DNA from: Candidatus Omnitrophota bacterium | GTDB taxonomy: Bacteria > Omnitrophota > Gorgyraeia > Zapsychrales > Fredricksoniimonadaceae | Assembly (NCBI GenBank): GCA_963769315.1 | Contig: CAVYLG010000005.1 | Coordinates: forward strand, 6,075 to 70,074 | Reading direction: 5' to 3' | DNA length: 64,000 bases | In this document: piece after piece, positions 1 to 9,047 of the stretch | How the letters are laid out: every line of letters starts with the position of its first letter | How positions within the stretch are numbered: position 1 is the stretch's first letter | Made by a program: the position numbers and the translations under genes | The notes under the pieces: generated by a model | The model's database searches: none | What the model was told of the DNA's origin: nothing | Seen by the model: the letters and a program-made list of their open reading frames with translations, nothing else

Positions 1-34
1 TTTAACGGGGTATTCTTTTAGAAAAAAAGCCTTC

Positions 35-1678
35 TTGTCATGGCGAATTCATGCGGTTTCGCTGACATGGTCTGAAGGTGTAGTCCTTGGGGCAGTTGTT
101 TTCATAGCATTGCTTTCGGCTATCATCGCTTTTCAGTGTCCGCCCAATACAGCAGACTCCATGGTCTATCATTTACCGCGGGTGATGTTCTGGGCCCAAA
201 ACGGTTCACTATCAGACTATCCGACACCCATCTTACGCCAGCTGAATTACCCTCCCGGGGCCGAAATCCTTCTGCTTAATCTTTATCTTTTGGCCGGTGA
301 TGACAGATGGCTGAATTTCCTTCAATGGTTTGCGATGATCGGATCGGTTATTGGTGTCAGTGTGCTGGCTAAACGTCTTGGGGCAGGGACACGGGCACAA
401 TTGCTTGCGGCCCTGATTGCCGCGACTGTGCCGATGGGAGTGCTTCAATCCAACAGTACGCAGACAGATTATGTTTTGACTTTTTGGGTAATTTGTACGG
501 CAGTGTTTGTGTGGCGAGCGGTCTTCACAGAGGATAAGGCATCTGTGATATGGACCGGCCTGTCCGTCTCTCTTGCGGTTTTAACAAAAGGCACGGCTTT
601 CATTACTCTTGTGTTTCTTTTCTTTTTATTTTGGAAGGGAAGAAATAAGGACTTTGTTCGCACAACAAAAATTATCGGCATATTGCTCGGGCTGTTAATT
701 CTTTTAAATGTTGGTTATTGGACCAGAAATATGCTGGCCCAGCCGGGGCATGGGATCTTTCCTGAAAATGAAACGGGTCTCCTTGTTGAGCATTTTTGGC
801 CTCAAGGGATCGCGGCTAACACAATCCGCCATGCTGCGCTGCATTTTATGACACCTTTCGACGCCCAAGTACAGGCATTGCATAATTTTGTATTTGCTAT
901 AGAAGACAAATTAGGCGTTGCGCACAACGATGGACGCCTCTTTAGTTATGATCCTTCCCAAGCTTTTAGCGGACATTACGTTTTTAATGAAGATGTCGCG
1001 GCTAATATGCTGCATTTTATCATGGGCACGGTAATGATCTTTATTGCCTTGTTTTTTTGGTCTAAGCAAGAACGGCTTTATGCCGGTTGTGTTTTGGCAG
1101 CATGTATTCTTTTAACCGGTGCTGTCAAATGGCAGCCCTGGGCTTCGCGGTTTCATTTACCTTTGTTTTTACTGGCAGCCCCTCTTATTGGCATTGGAAT
1201 GAACAAAATGCGTGCTTGGGGGTGGGGGATGGGGGCGGTCCTTGTGATTTTCGCGGTCAGTCTTCTGATGACACACAATTTGAGACCGCTTATCGGTAAT
1301 CCTAATATTTTTACGTTCAAAGATAGGCGGATGTGGTATTTTGCTCACATCCAAGACACAACCGGGGCTTACGGCCAAGTTGCGGCGCTCGTCCGGTCTT
1401 TAGGATGCAAAAATATCGGTCTTATCACAGGGCAGGGGAGCTTTGCATATCCGCTTTGGCCGCTGATTTCTCCCGACCGGTCGGTACGATTTTATTACAT
1501 GGATGTGAATAATTTTAGCCGTAGTCTTCATAAAAGGGCCCAAGAGCAGTCATGCCTTATTTTAACGTTAGACAATGAAAAGCCCAGAATGTTGATTTTG
1601 GATGATAAGATGTATCTGGAACTTTGGCAAAACAATCTCTTTCAGCTGTACTCCGCGGCAGATGAAGGAAAAATTTAG
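35..1678 (+). CDS. Polytopic membrane protein, GT-C-type (ArnT/PMT-like) glycosyltransferase candidate; true start may lie upstream of the window
   Basis: 547-aa ORF with more than 10 hydrophobic helices. The early loop NTADSMVYHLPR resembles the first-loop acidic/Tyr motif of GT-C enzymes. The frame has no stop between nt 2 and 35. Confidence 0.45.
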   Translation: MSWRIHAVSLTWSEGVVLGAVVFIALLSAIIAFQCPPNTADSMVYHLPRVMFWAQNGSLSDYPTPILRQLNYPPGAEILLLNLYLLAGDDRWLNFLQWFAMIGSVIGVSVLAKRLGAGTRAQLLAALIAATVPMGVLQSNSTQTDYVLTFWVICTAVFVWRAVFTEDKASVIWTGLSVSLAVLTKGTAFITLVFLFFLFWKGRNKDFVRTTKIIGILLGLLILLNVGYWTRNMLAQPGHGIFPENETGLLVEHFWPQGIAANTIRHAALHFMTPFDAQVQALHNFVFAIEDKLGVAHNDGRLFSYDPSQAFSGHYVFNEDVAANMLHFIMGTVMIFIALFFWSKQERLYAGCVLAACILLTGAVKWQPWASRFHLPLFLLAAPLIGIGMNKMRAWGWGMGAVLVIFAVSLLMTHNLRPLIGNPNIFTFKDRRMWYFAHIQDTTGAYGQVAALVRSLGCKNIGLITGQGSFAYPLWPLISPDRSVRFYYMDVNNFSRSLHKRAQEQSCLILTLDNEKPRMLILDDKMYLELWQNNLFQLYSAADEGKI

Positions 1679-1702
1679 CCAAAGGATATTGGGTCAACTT
1701 TC

Positions 1703-2383
1703 GTGATTAATATCAAAATCGATAAACTGATCCGCAGTCACCGCAAAACCATTGGTTTACAAATAACCAACGACGCGCGCCTGATCGTTCGGGCGCCGCA
1801 TTTCGCATCTGAAGATTTTATCCATAAACTCATCCAACGTAAAGAGTCCTGGATCAAGGCCAAACAAGACTATTTTAAACAACGGCAAAATAAAACCAAG
1901 GTCAGAAAATTTGTTCCCGGTGAAGAATTTTTATTTTTAGGCCAAAGTTATCCCTTGGTTGCGATTGATGATCTTCCAAAAGCGGTGGTTTTTGATAATT
2001 CTTTAAAGATTTCTCAGGTTGTCTTAAAAAACGCCCGGGACCATATAGAATGCTGGTATAAAGCCCAAGCTCTGGAATATATCACCCAAAGGACCGTTTA
2101 TTACACTCAAACAACAGGGTTAAAATATCAATCTATCAGGATTAATAGTGCGTCAACGCGCTGGGGGTCTTGCGGGCATAAAGGCACGCTTAATTTCAGC
2201 TGGAGGCTGATCATGGCGCCGGCAAGTACGGTGGATTATGTCATCATTCATGAGCTGATGCATTTAAAGCAGAAGAACCATTCACGTAAATTCTGGTCAG
2301 AGGTGGCTTTAATGATGCCTGATTACAAGAAAGAAGAGCGTTGGCTTAAACAAAACAACCATTTACTGACTTGGGATGCTTAA
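1703..2383 (+). CDS. YgjP/DUF45-type (M48-like) metal-dependent hydrolase
   Basis: STRWGSCG...LNFSWRL is followed by the HExxH motif IIHELMHL. This is the signature arrangement of DUF45/YgjP proteins. Confidence 0.8.
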   Translation: MINIKIDKLIRSHRKTIGLQITNDARLIVRAPHFASEDFIHKLIQRKESWIKAKQDYFKQRQNKTKVRKFVPGEEFLFLGQSYPLVAIDDLPKAVVFDNSLKISQVVLKNARDHIECWYKAQALEYITQRTVYYTQTTGLKYQSIRINSASTRWGSCGHKGTLNFSWRLIMAPASTVDYVIIHELMHLKQKNHSRKFWSEVALMMPDYKKEERWLKQNNHLLTWDA

Positions 2384-3803
2384 AACTTTTCTTAGTTAAA
2401 TTGTTTAGGATGTTTTGGAGGGTAAAGGCAATAAGAATAAGATGAAGTGGCGCTATAGGAAGCGAGTATCTTTTTAGGACCGTAAAGAACCCATAAACGA
2501 TACTAAAAAATAGAATAAAAAGCAGGGTGCTTAAAGCCATGGGGGCCCGTTTCTTAAATAGAAAGAATGCGGTAAACACAAAAGAACCAATTGTCAAAAA
2601 ATCGACAGTGAGGCCCAACAGAAGATTAAACCAATGGATGGAATATATATTTCCCAACCATTGCGGGTAAATGACGAAGCCTATATTGGTGCCTTCCCAT
2701 AAAAACAATTGAAAAAAACCAATGATATAAAAATATGCGTATTTTAATAGATGTTGAAGAATGGCAAAAAAAGCTCTTTTGATCAGGGTTTCTGAAATAA
2801 CGTCATTAGAAAGTCCTTGTCGGGCCAATTGTTTTTCCTTTTGAGAGCGGATTTCATCTGCGGTGCGGGCGGACCAGTACTCACAAGTTTTAGGAGGGAA
2901 TGAACTTTCACAAAGGTTTAAATCCGGAGCTTGAAATATAGCGCTTAGGTAATAATCCCGACTGAATTCGTCAAGACGCTGCAGGGTACTGCCATAGAAA
3001 TAAGAAGAACCTCTGCCGGTAACAGCGAAATTATTATTACACATTTTGTTAAATGTTTTATACGCGAGTAACGGTGAGTAGTAACCAATGACAAAGAAAA
3101 CCAGAATGGTCATGGCCATTCGTCGGCGTGCCTCATTCTTTTGCATAAAATGAAAGAGTGCTAGAATAACAAAAAATAAAACAAATAATAAAGCTACCCC
3201 TTCGAAGGGGGCTTTTGCCAATGTTGCTATCATGAGCAGTATTCCAAAAAAGCCAGAACGTAACCATAGGTTTTTGCCTTGAAATACAAAAGATTCCCAC
3301 ACTTTATAGAAGGCAATGACCAAGGCAAGAATTATGGGATAGGTAATGATTTCTGACCATAGACTAAAAGCGGTATTGACTATAGCAGGGGAGAACCCAA
3401 AATATAAAAGCACTAAAGCAGAAATGTTCGTGTTGATCTTCAATATTTTAAGTATCTTATAAACTAAAATTTGGGAAATTAATAAAATAAGAATATTAAA
3501 AAATACCAAGATGAGTTGGTAAGATACATTGTTTAGGATTTTTGCTATCGCCATTGAGAATGTAACCAAAGCGATAAAGATGGGTTCACGGGAAAGGCCG
3601 CTTTTAAAATAGGGCAGAAATCCATTTTCTTGAAGGAACCGGGCAGAACTTTCATACCCTATGGCGTCATGAACCATGACCATTTGGGTTGTCAGCGCAA
3701 GGGTGTACCAATACAGAAAGCTCAGAGCAATGACAAATCGGATCCGCAAAGGTGTTTTGTTTGTTTTCGGGGATCGTATGGGGAAAATACGTAAAAATTT
3801 CAT
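2346..3803 (-). CDS. Polytopic membrane protein, GT-C-type glycosyltransferase candidate
   Basis: 485 aa with about 12 hydrophobic helices and the first-loop sequence HDAIGYESSARF. The 3' end overlaps the convergent 1703..2383 gene by 38 nt. Confidence 0.4.
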   Translation of the reverse strand: MKFLRIFPIRSPKTNKTPLRIRFVIALSFLYWYTLALTTQMVMVHDAIGYESSARFLQENGFLPYFKSGLSREPIFIALVTFSMAIAKILNNVSYQLILVFFNILILLISQILVYKILKILKINTNISALVLLYFGFSPAIVNTAFSLWSEIITYPIILALVIAFYKVWESFVFQGKNLWLRSGFFGILLMIATLAKAPFEGVALLFVLFFVILALFHFMQKNEARRRMAMTILVFFVIGYYSPLLAYKTFNKMCNNNFAVTGRGSSYFYGSTLQRLDEFSRDYYLSAIFQAPDLNLCESSFPPKTCEYWSARTADEIRSQKEKQLARQGLSNDVISETLIKRAFFAILQHLLKYAYFYIIGFFQLFLWEGTNIGFVIYPQWLGNIYSIHWFNLLLGLTVDFLTIGSFVFTAFFLFKKRAPMALSTLLFILFFSIVYGFFTVLKRYSLPIAPLHLILIAFTLQNILNNLTKKSFKHPKSVNGCFV

Positions 3804-4542
3804 TGCGCGCTGCCTTCAAGTCGTTTTTTTGATTGTTTTCTTATGGGGGATATTACAATCGATCATTGTCCTTCGAGGAGAAAATTGTCCCATACGTAAT
3901 ATCCTATCGAAGTGTCCATTCATGTCAAATCTTATTTATCAAATTGACCAAACAAAAAGACGTAGTCAAATCTCAACACTCAATTATTTTATCCCTTCAT
4001 TTAAAGAATTATCAAACATTATACAATCCGGGCCTATAAATCCTCTTCCTGATGATTACGTAAAATATTATGAAAAAGTAGCGGAAGTTTTTCCTCAAAT
4101 TCCCGAAAATTATTCCCTTTTGGGGTATTGTTATTATATGGCAGGTGAAAAGGGGGGGGCAATCAAGGCATTTGAAAAAGCCATAGAGCTTAATTCCGTG
4201 AATTTTTGGGCCTTTTATGATTTAGCGATCATTCTTAGAGCACAAGGAGATTACCGGCAATCGATTGTTTTATTATCAAAAGCGGTCGGGCTTAATCCTC
4301 ATGATGTTTTAAACAGCATCTTATCGGCGTTTGTTTATCAACAAATTATACGTTCTGAGGATTTCCATTATGATATACCCGGGTCTTTACATTTAGGCTA
4401 CGCTAAAGCGTTTTATCTTCTGGGCTTGAATTTCCAGTCTTTAGGAAATGCTGAAATGGCACAAAAATTCTTTGCCCAATCCAAGTCACTACTTTCCAAT
4501 AAACCCTTAAGTGAAGATCAGATCTTTGTTCAGATCCTATAG
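3778..4542 (+). CDS. Membrane-anchored TPR-repeat protein
   Basis: ATG at 3778 (MGKIRKNF) is followed by one TM helix. TPR-like repeats include AIKAFEKAIELNSVNFWAFYDLAIILRAQGDYRQSIVLLSKAVGLNP. The ORF-track start at 3676 would overlap the divergent gene much more deeply. Confidence 0.65.
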   Translation: MGKIRKNFIARCLQVVFLIVFLWGILQSIIVLRGENCPIRNILSKCPFMSNLIYQIDQTKRRSQISTLNYFIPSFKELSNIIQSGPINPLPDDYVKYYEKVAEVFPQIPENYSLLGYCYYMAGEKGGAIKAFEKAIELNSVNFWAFYDLAIILRAQGDYRQSIVLLSKAVGLNPHDVLNSILSAFVYQQIIRSEDFHYDIPGSLHLGYAKAFYLLGLNFQSLGNAEMAQKFFAQSKSLLSNKPLSEDQIFVQIL

Positions 4543-4568
4543 AAATAGTTTGAGGATGACCATCCTTA

Positions 4569-4712
4569 ATGTGTATACTTAATTGTGTGCATAAATTGGC
4601 TGATGCACTAATCGCCGCCACCGCTGATATTTACGGTAAAGAGCTTCTCACAGGCAATACGATAAACTACCGGTTTATTCCGGGTTTGGCACTTGAGCCG
4701 TTCCGTATATAA
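4569..4712 (+). pseudogene. C-terminal remnant of a PIN-domain (VapC-like) toxin
   Basis: My translation gives MCILNCVHKLADALIAATADIYGKELLTGNTINYRFIPGLALEPFRI*. The D-A-L-I-A-A-T ... T-x-N ... F ... IPGL pattern is the typical last ~40 aa of VapC. There is no N-terminal part and no antitoxin. Confidence 0.4.
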
Positions 4713-4819
4713 AAACTACTTTCTTTAATTTATATTAACGCCTCGCACCAAAATCCTCCCCCTAAAGGACATTCACAAAAAGTGGCCAAATTCGAAAAAA
4801 TAGGGCATACTTTCTCTAT

Positions 4820-7800
4820 ATGAAAAAGTATTTAAATTTAACTCTTCGCTTCCGCTCAGAGTTAATGTTGAGTGAAATCGAGGCATTAAGAGCTAATATA
4901 GCTTTAGGGCTCATTTTTGTTTTTTTGGTCAATACGCTTGGGCCTCTGCCTTTAGCCCAAGCCCAGGATTTCCATTTGCCTGCGCCAGGGGTGATGATCC
5001 AATTAAGCCCTGAATTCAATCCGCCAATCCTCAAAGGTATCAAAGTCCATCCCGACAATCCTTTTAGGTTCGATTTCATTTTAGATCGTGGTGATTCCCT
5101 TCCCCTTGAAGGGAAGGTAAGAGAGGGGGACCTAAAACAAGAAGCTACTAAACTCATTAAATACTTCCTTGCCTCTTTGACCATTCCCGAACAAGACCTC
5201 TGGGTCAATCTAAGCCCATATGAAAAAAATAGGATCATTCCTCCAAGTTTTGGCTTGACCGAGATGGGGAGAGATTTATTGGCTGAAGACTATATGCTTA
5301 AACAAATAACGGCTTCATTGATTTATCCAGAAGGGGATATTGGCAAAAAATTCTGGAAACGCATATACGAAAAAGCAGCCAAGAAGTATGGGACAACAAA
5401 TATACCTGTTAATACATTTAATAAAGTTTGGATAGTCCCTGAGAAAGCGGTTGTGTATGAGAATGCGAAGGCAGGAACAGCTTACGTTGTCGAAAGCAAA
5501 TTAAAGGTGATGTTAGAGCAAGATTATCTCTCGTTGGCCATGCATGAAGGCATTCAATCCGGGCAAGTACAGAATAGGGACACCAACCAAATAGGCAGCC
5601 AGATTGTACGTGAGATCGTTATTCCCGAATTGACCAAAGAAGTCAATGAAAACAAGAATTTCTTCCAGCTACGGCAGGTATATAACTCACTGATATTGGC
5701 CACGTGGTACAAGAAAAAAATTAAGGACAGTCTTTTAGAGCAGGTGTATGCGGATAAAAACAAGGTGGCCGGAGTCAATATCGACGACCCGAAAGAAACG
5801 CAGAAAATTTATCAGAGATATTTACTGGCGTTTAAGAAGGGAGTTTATAACTACATTAAAGAAGAGGCAATTTCTATCCCCGGTATGCCGAGCAAGGAAC
5901 AGGGAATATTCCCAAGAAAATATTTCTCCGGTGGAGAGAATCTTTCGTCCATCTCCCGAACAGAATTGGTTTTGGATGAAGCAATGGCTACAACTCATAA
6001 GATCGATCTCCCCCAAATCTCATCGGTGAAGCCTGCTTTTTTGTCTGATATTACGGTAGATTTTCAGATGAGTTCACTGCAGCAGAAAAATAAAGCCATG
6101 ATCACGACAAAAAACTTCTTTAAAAGAGATAAAATTGATTGGATCATTGTGGGGCTTTTTGTTGCTGCTCTATCGATGTTGCCGGCTATTAATTTTGAAC
6201 TCAAGCATCAGGGTTATCTGCCGGAATTTATAAAAGAACATCGATTGGGACTGAAAAAATTGCCGATCACCCAACGTTGGTTCACTAATACCCCCAATCC
6301 GACCCTTATTTACGGTGAATTAAATGTTGACCAGGACTTTTACCCATCTAAGCTGAGTAATAATGTTATAAATAATATCTATGTGCTGAATGCAGAAAAA
6401 TTTCATGAAATGGCTTCGGATGACAGTAATATTGATATCTCAAGGTTTGATGGGATCGATTTCAGTGAAAACCCTAAATTAGATCCAAACAATAAGAATG
6501 GTTATTGGGAAAAGGTCCGATCAACTGAGGGAGGTCCAATTTTGGTTAAGCTACGGGATGATGTCTCTATAATACCCATTTACGAAGGCACATTTACCAA
6601 TATGGGCCGTGATAGAATTATATCTATTTTAAAAGAAGCTTCTCATGGTGAAGACGGTCAGTATTTTGATGGGACTAGATCAATTATTCTTCACTTGGGA
6701 AATGCAAAAAACCCGTTTATTCTTGCTCATGAACTTGGTCATCCTTATTGGGAACATGCGTTAGATGATCCTACCCGTCAAGAACTTATTTCTATATACA
6801 GAGATAACAGGTTTGGATTTAGTAAAGTATCTAAATGGGCCTCTGAAAGCAATCACGCTGAAGAAGCCTTTTGTGAAATGTTAATGACGTTGGTTAAAAA
6901 TCCCAAGGACATTAGAGAATTAAATAGCGTTTCCGTACTAAAACCATTTGTTAGGGAGGCATTGAAAGCTTTGTCCTGGAAGAATAGTGAAGGAGTGACG
7001 GTCATAAGGTCATACCACCGCCACGGGGATTTAGTATCGTTTGATGATGTCAAATTACCTAGAGGATTTAATGTAAAGGATGCTATAGCAGCATCAGAAA
7101 AAGGAGCTTATCATACTCAACTAAAATCAGGAGAGAAAAGGTCGGCTGGCGGCTCGCAGGGTGCAAAGAACCGGGCGATGCTCTCACATTCCGATAAAAA
7201 CACGGAGGGCCTTAGAAAATTCGAGGATTTTCTTAAAAAATTAGATGAAGGTTATTTTGACTTTGAAGAAGTTTTGGATGATCCAGAAGCGATCATTTCT
7301 GAGTATGGTTACAATGTTCCCAATTTTAGGAAGTATTTAAATAAAATGGTCAAAAGATTGAGGCCTATTTATAAACGGTATGGGATAGTTATCCCCCCTG
7401 GACAGGTCCAAGCCGGCTATGATGTGTTAGAGGCAGAGCATATACCCGTACAACGGCCTTCAGCAGAAGAAGAAATCGATGGTTTTATAGATTATTTATC
7501 TATCGATTTGGATAGTGGAGAGCCATTTCATTTTGATCTTGTACCCATTGAAGATCTAAGAATTATTGTCGGGGCCAGGACAAAGGAATTCGACGAATTT
7601 TTTGAAGAGCAAAAAAATGTAAGAAAAAGAGGGCAGGAAGATATTCCCCCAATTCGAGCAATCGCTGATAATGTATTCAGGGTGAATTTCGCAAAGCATA
7701 TTTTGGGACTTCAAGATGTGGAACCACTAACCAGGGAGATTGTTAGGCAGAGGGTTGGACAATTAGACGGGATACTTATGCCATATCTACTTCATTCTAT

Positions 7801-8524
7801 CCATCCCGGTTTACTCACCTTAATCGATACAATGCATCACGCGTATCAATTTGCTGGAAGTGTTCTTATTCAATACTTGGATAAGGCTATGAAATCTGAA
7901 ACTATTCAACGAAAAAGAAAGGGTAATCGGGATCGGGTGATGGCAACAGAAATAAAGTATACGGGGCCAAAAGCAGTAAAAGCGGGGTTAAAGAAACGTG
8001 AGAAGGCATTTCTAGAGAACAATGCCACTGCATTGCAAAAAACAAAAGCCGAAGGCGGAGATAAAACATTGTATGAAGCTGCCAAGACTTTTGGTGTGCC
8101 GTTGCCTAGAAAAGCATATGAAGATAATAAACCAACAGAAGAACAAGCAGTGCAAGAATTAATACAATGGGCCATTGGACATAGAGCTAGTGGCATAACA
8201 TCAATAACATCTATAAAATTAAATTCAATCTTAGAAGAATACCCAAAACTTTCGAGAGAAATGGCTGTAAGGGTGCTTTCTTCAGAGGGAATTGGTATTA
8301 AAGACAAAGCTATGGCCAGAACAACTAGTGGCGGTATTGACCTAACTTCAGCGAATATGCATTTTAAGACACAAAATAATGGTAGGGTAATCAAATTCTA
8401 CATGGATCCCGCTATGTTTAAGCAATTGCAAAACGCCCCTGGCTTTGTGCCTGTAATCATAAATATCCAGCCGATGACTAATCTAAGAGAGTTTTTGGGA
8501 TTGAATCAGACATCACAAGCATGA
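4820..8524 (+). CDS. Giant modular secreted protein, family member 1 (conserved N-domain, HExxH zincin-like cargo, C-terminal GGIDL domain)
   Basis: 1234 aa with a signal/anchor sequence ANIALGLIFVFLVNTLGPLPLAQA. The N-domain (about 4970-5940) is shared with 48387..52082 and 59364..62114 (DLWVNLSPYEK, TEMGRDLLAEDYMLKQITASLIYPE, NTFNKVWIVPEKAVVYE, PRKYFSGG). HELGH lies at 6728-6742. The last 64 aa (8330-8521) are shared with two other ORFs. Confidence 0.85.
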   Translation: MKKYLNLTLRFRSELMLSEIEALRANIALGLIFVFLVNTLGPLPLAQAQDFHLPAPGVMIQLSPEFNPPILKGIKVHPDNPFRFDFILDRGDSLPLEGKVREGDLKQEATKLIKYFLASLTIPEQDLWVNLSPYEKNRIIPPSFGLTEMGRDLLAEDYMLKQITASLIYPEGDIGKKFWKRIYEKAAKKYGTTNIPVNTFNKVWIVPEKAVVYENAKAGTAYVVESKLKVMLEQDYLSLAMHEGIQSGQVQNRDTNQIGSQIVREIVIPELTKEVNENKNFFQLRQVYNSLILATWYKKKIKDSLLEQVYADKNKVAGVNIDDPKETQKIYQRYLLAFKKGVYNYIKEEAISIPGMPSKEQGIFPRKYFSGGENLSSISRTELVLDEAMATTHKIDLPQISSVKPAFLSDITVDFQMSSLQQKNKAMITTKNFFKRDKIDWIIVGLFVAALSMLPAINFELKHQGYLPEFIKEHRLGLKKLPITQRWFTNTPNPTLIYGELNVDQDFYPSKLSNNVINNIYVLNAEKFHEMASDDSNIDISRFDGIDFSENPKLDPNNKNGYWEKVRSTEGGPILVKLRDDVSIIPIYEGTFTNMGRDRIISILKEASHGEDGQYFDGTRSIILHLGNAKNPFILAHELGHPYWEHALDDPTRQELISIYRDNRFGFSKVSKWASESNHAEEAFCEMLMTLVKNPKDIRELNSVSVLKPFVREALKALSWKNSEGVTVIRSYHRHGDLVSFDDVKLPRGFNVKDAIAASEKGAYHTQLKSGEKRSAGGSQGAKNRAMLSHSDKNTEGLRKFEDFLKKLDEGYFDFEEVLDDPEAIISEYGYNVPNFRKYLNKMVKRLRPIYKRYGIVIPPGQVQAGYDVLEAEHIPVQRPSAEEEIDGFIDYLSIDLDSGEPFHFDLVPIEDLRIIVGARTKEFDEFFEEQKNVRKRGQEDIPPIRAIADNVFRVNFAKHILGLQDVEPLTREIVRQRVGQLDGILMPYLLHSIHPGLLTLIDTMHHAYQFAGSVLIQYLDKAMKSETIQRKRKGNRDRVMATEIKYTGPKAVKAGLKKREKAFLENNATALQKTKAEGGDKTLYEAAKTFGVPLPRKAYEDNKPTEEQAVQELIQWAIGHRASGITSITSIKLNSILEEYPKLSREMAVRVLSSEGIGIKDKAMARTTSGGIDLTSANMHFKTQNNGRVIKFYMDPAMFKQLQNAPGFVPVIINIQPMTNLREFLGLNQTSQA

Positions 8525-8690
8525 AAGCTGATAAAACACTAAATCAGAGGATTTTCCTATATAGCTACTTTACATAACATATATTATAGGAAGTTAATAG
8601 GGTGAGCTTTGAAGGGCTAAATTTGACTCTTTTTTGCGCCCTTAACTGTCTTTCCCGATCTTTTCGCTTGTTATTCCCACTTTTTTAGAG

Positions 8691-8841
8691 TGTCCTTCCC
8701 GCGAAAGCGGGAATCCAGTCAGGGCCTTAGCTAATCAGCCCCTTCGCCCATTGGGTGTCCTTTCTTGCTGTCCTTCTGTAATATGTCATTGCAAGCCCCG
8801 CATTGGTGTCATTGCGAGGAGCAAAGCGACGAAGCAATCTC
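8691..8841. repeat. Mosaic of short palindromic intergenic repeat units
   Basis: cccgcgaaagcggg lies at 8698-8711. tgtcattgcaagc and tgtcattgcgaggagcaaagcgacgaagcaatctc (8807-8841) recur at 38545, 51121, 56422 and 61409. The ORF 8765..8992 is only a translation of these units. Confidence 0.8.
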
Positions 8842-9047
8842 TTTTACCTTATTTTGTTATTATACCACAAAGCAACCAAATATCACCTATCAAATAACCA
8901 AAACCGCAGCCAACCCCACAACCCACCGAACTTATCCCATAAACACAAAACAAGCGTCCAGATGGGCATTTCTTAGAATGTTGGTGAATTGAGCTTAGAA
9001 TAGCGCTTTAAAGTGATTAATACAAGCTTTTTGAGCGTCAGCAAGAA

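Noticed and set aside
8765-8992. 75-aa ORF (..HWCHCEEQSDEAIS..) in the 8.5-9.0 kb gap.
   Set aside because: It is a read-through of family A palindromic repeats (tgtcattgcgagg..cgacgaagcaatctc) that recur elsewhere in both orientations. No start context is present, so I do not treat it as a gene.
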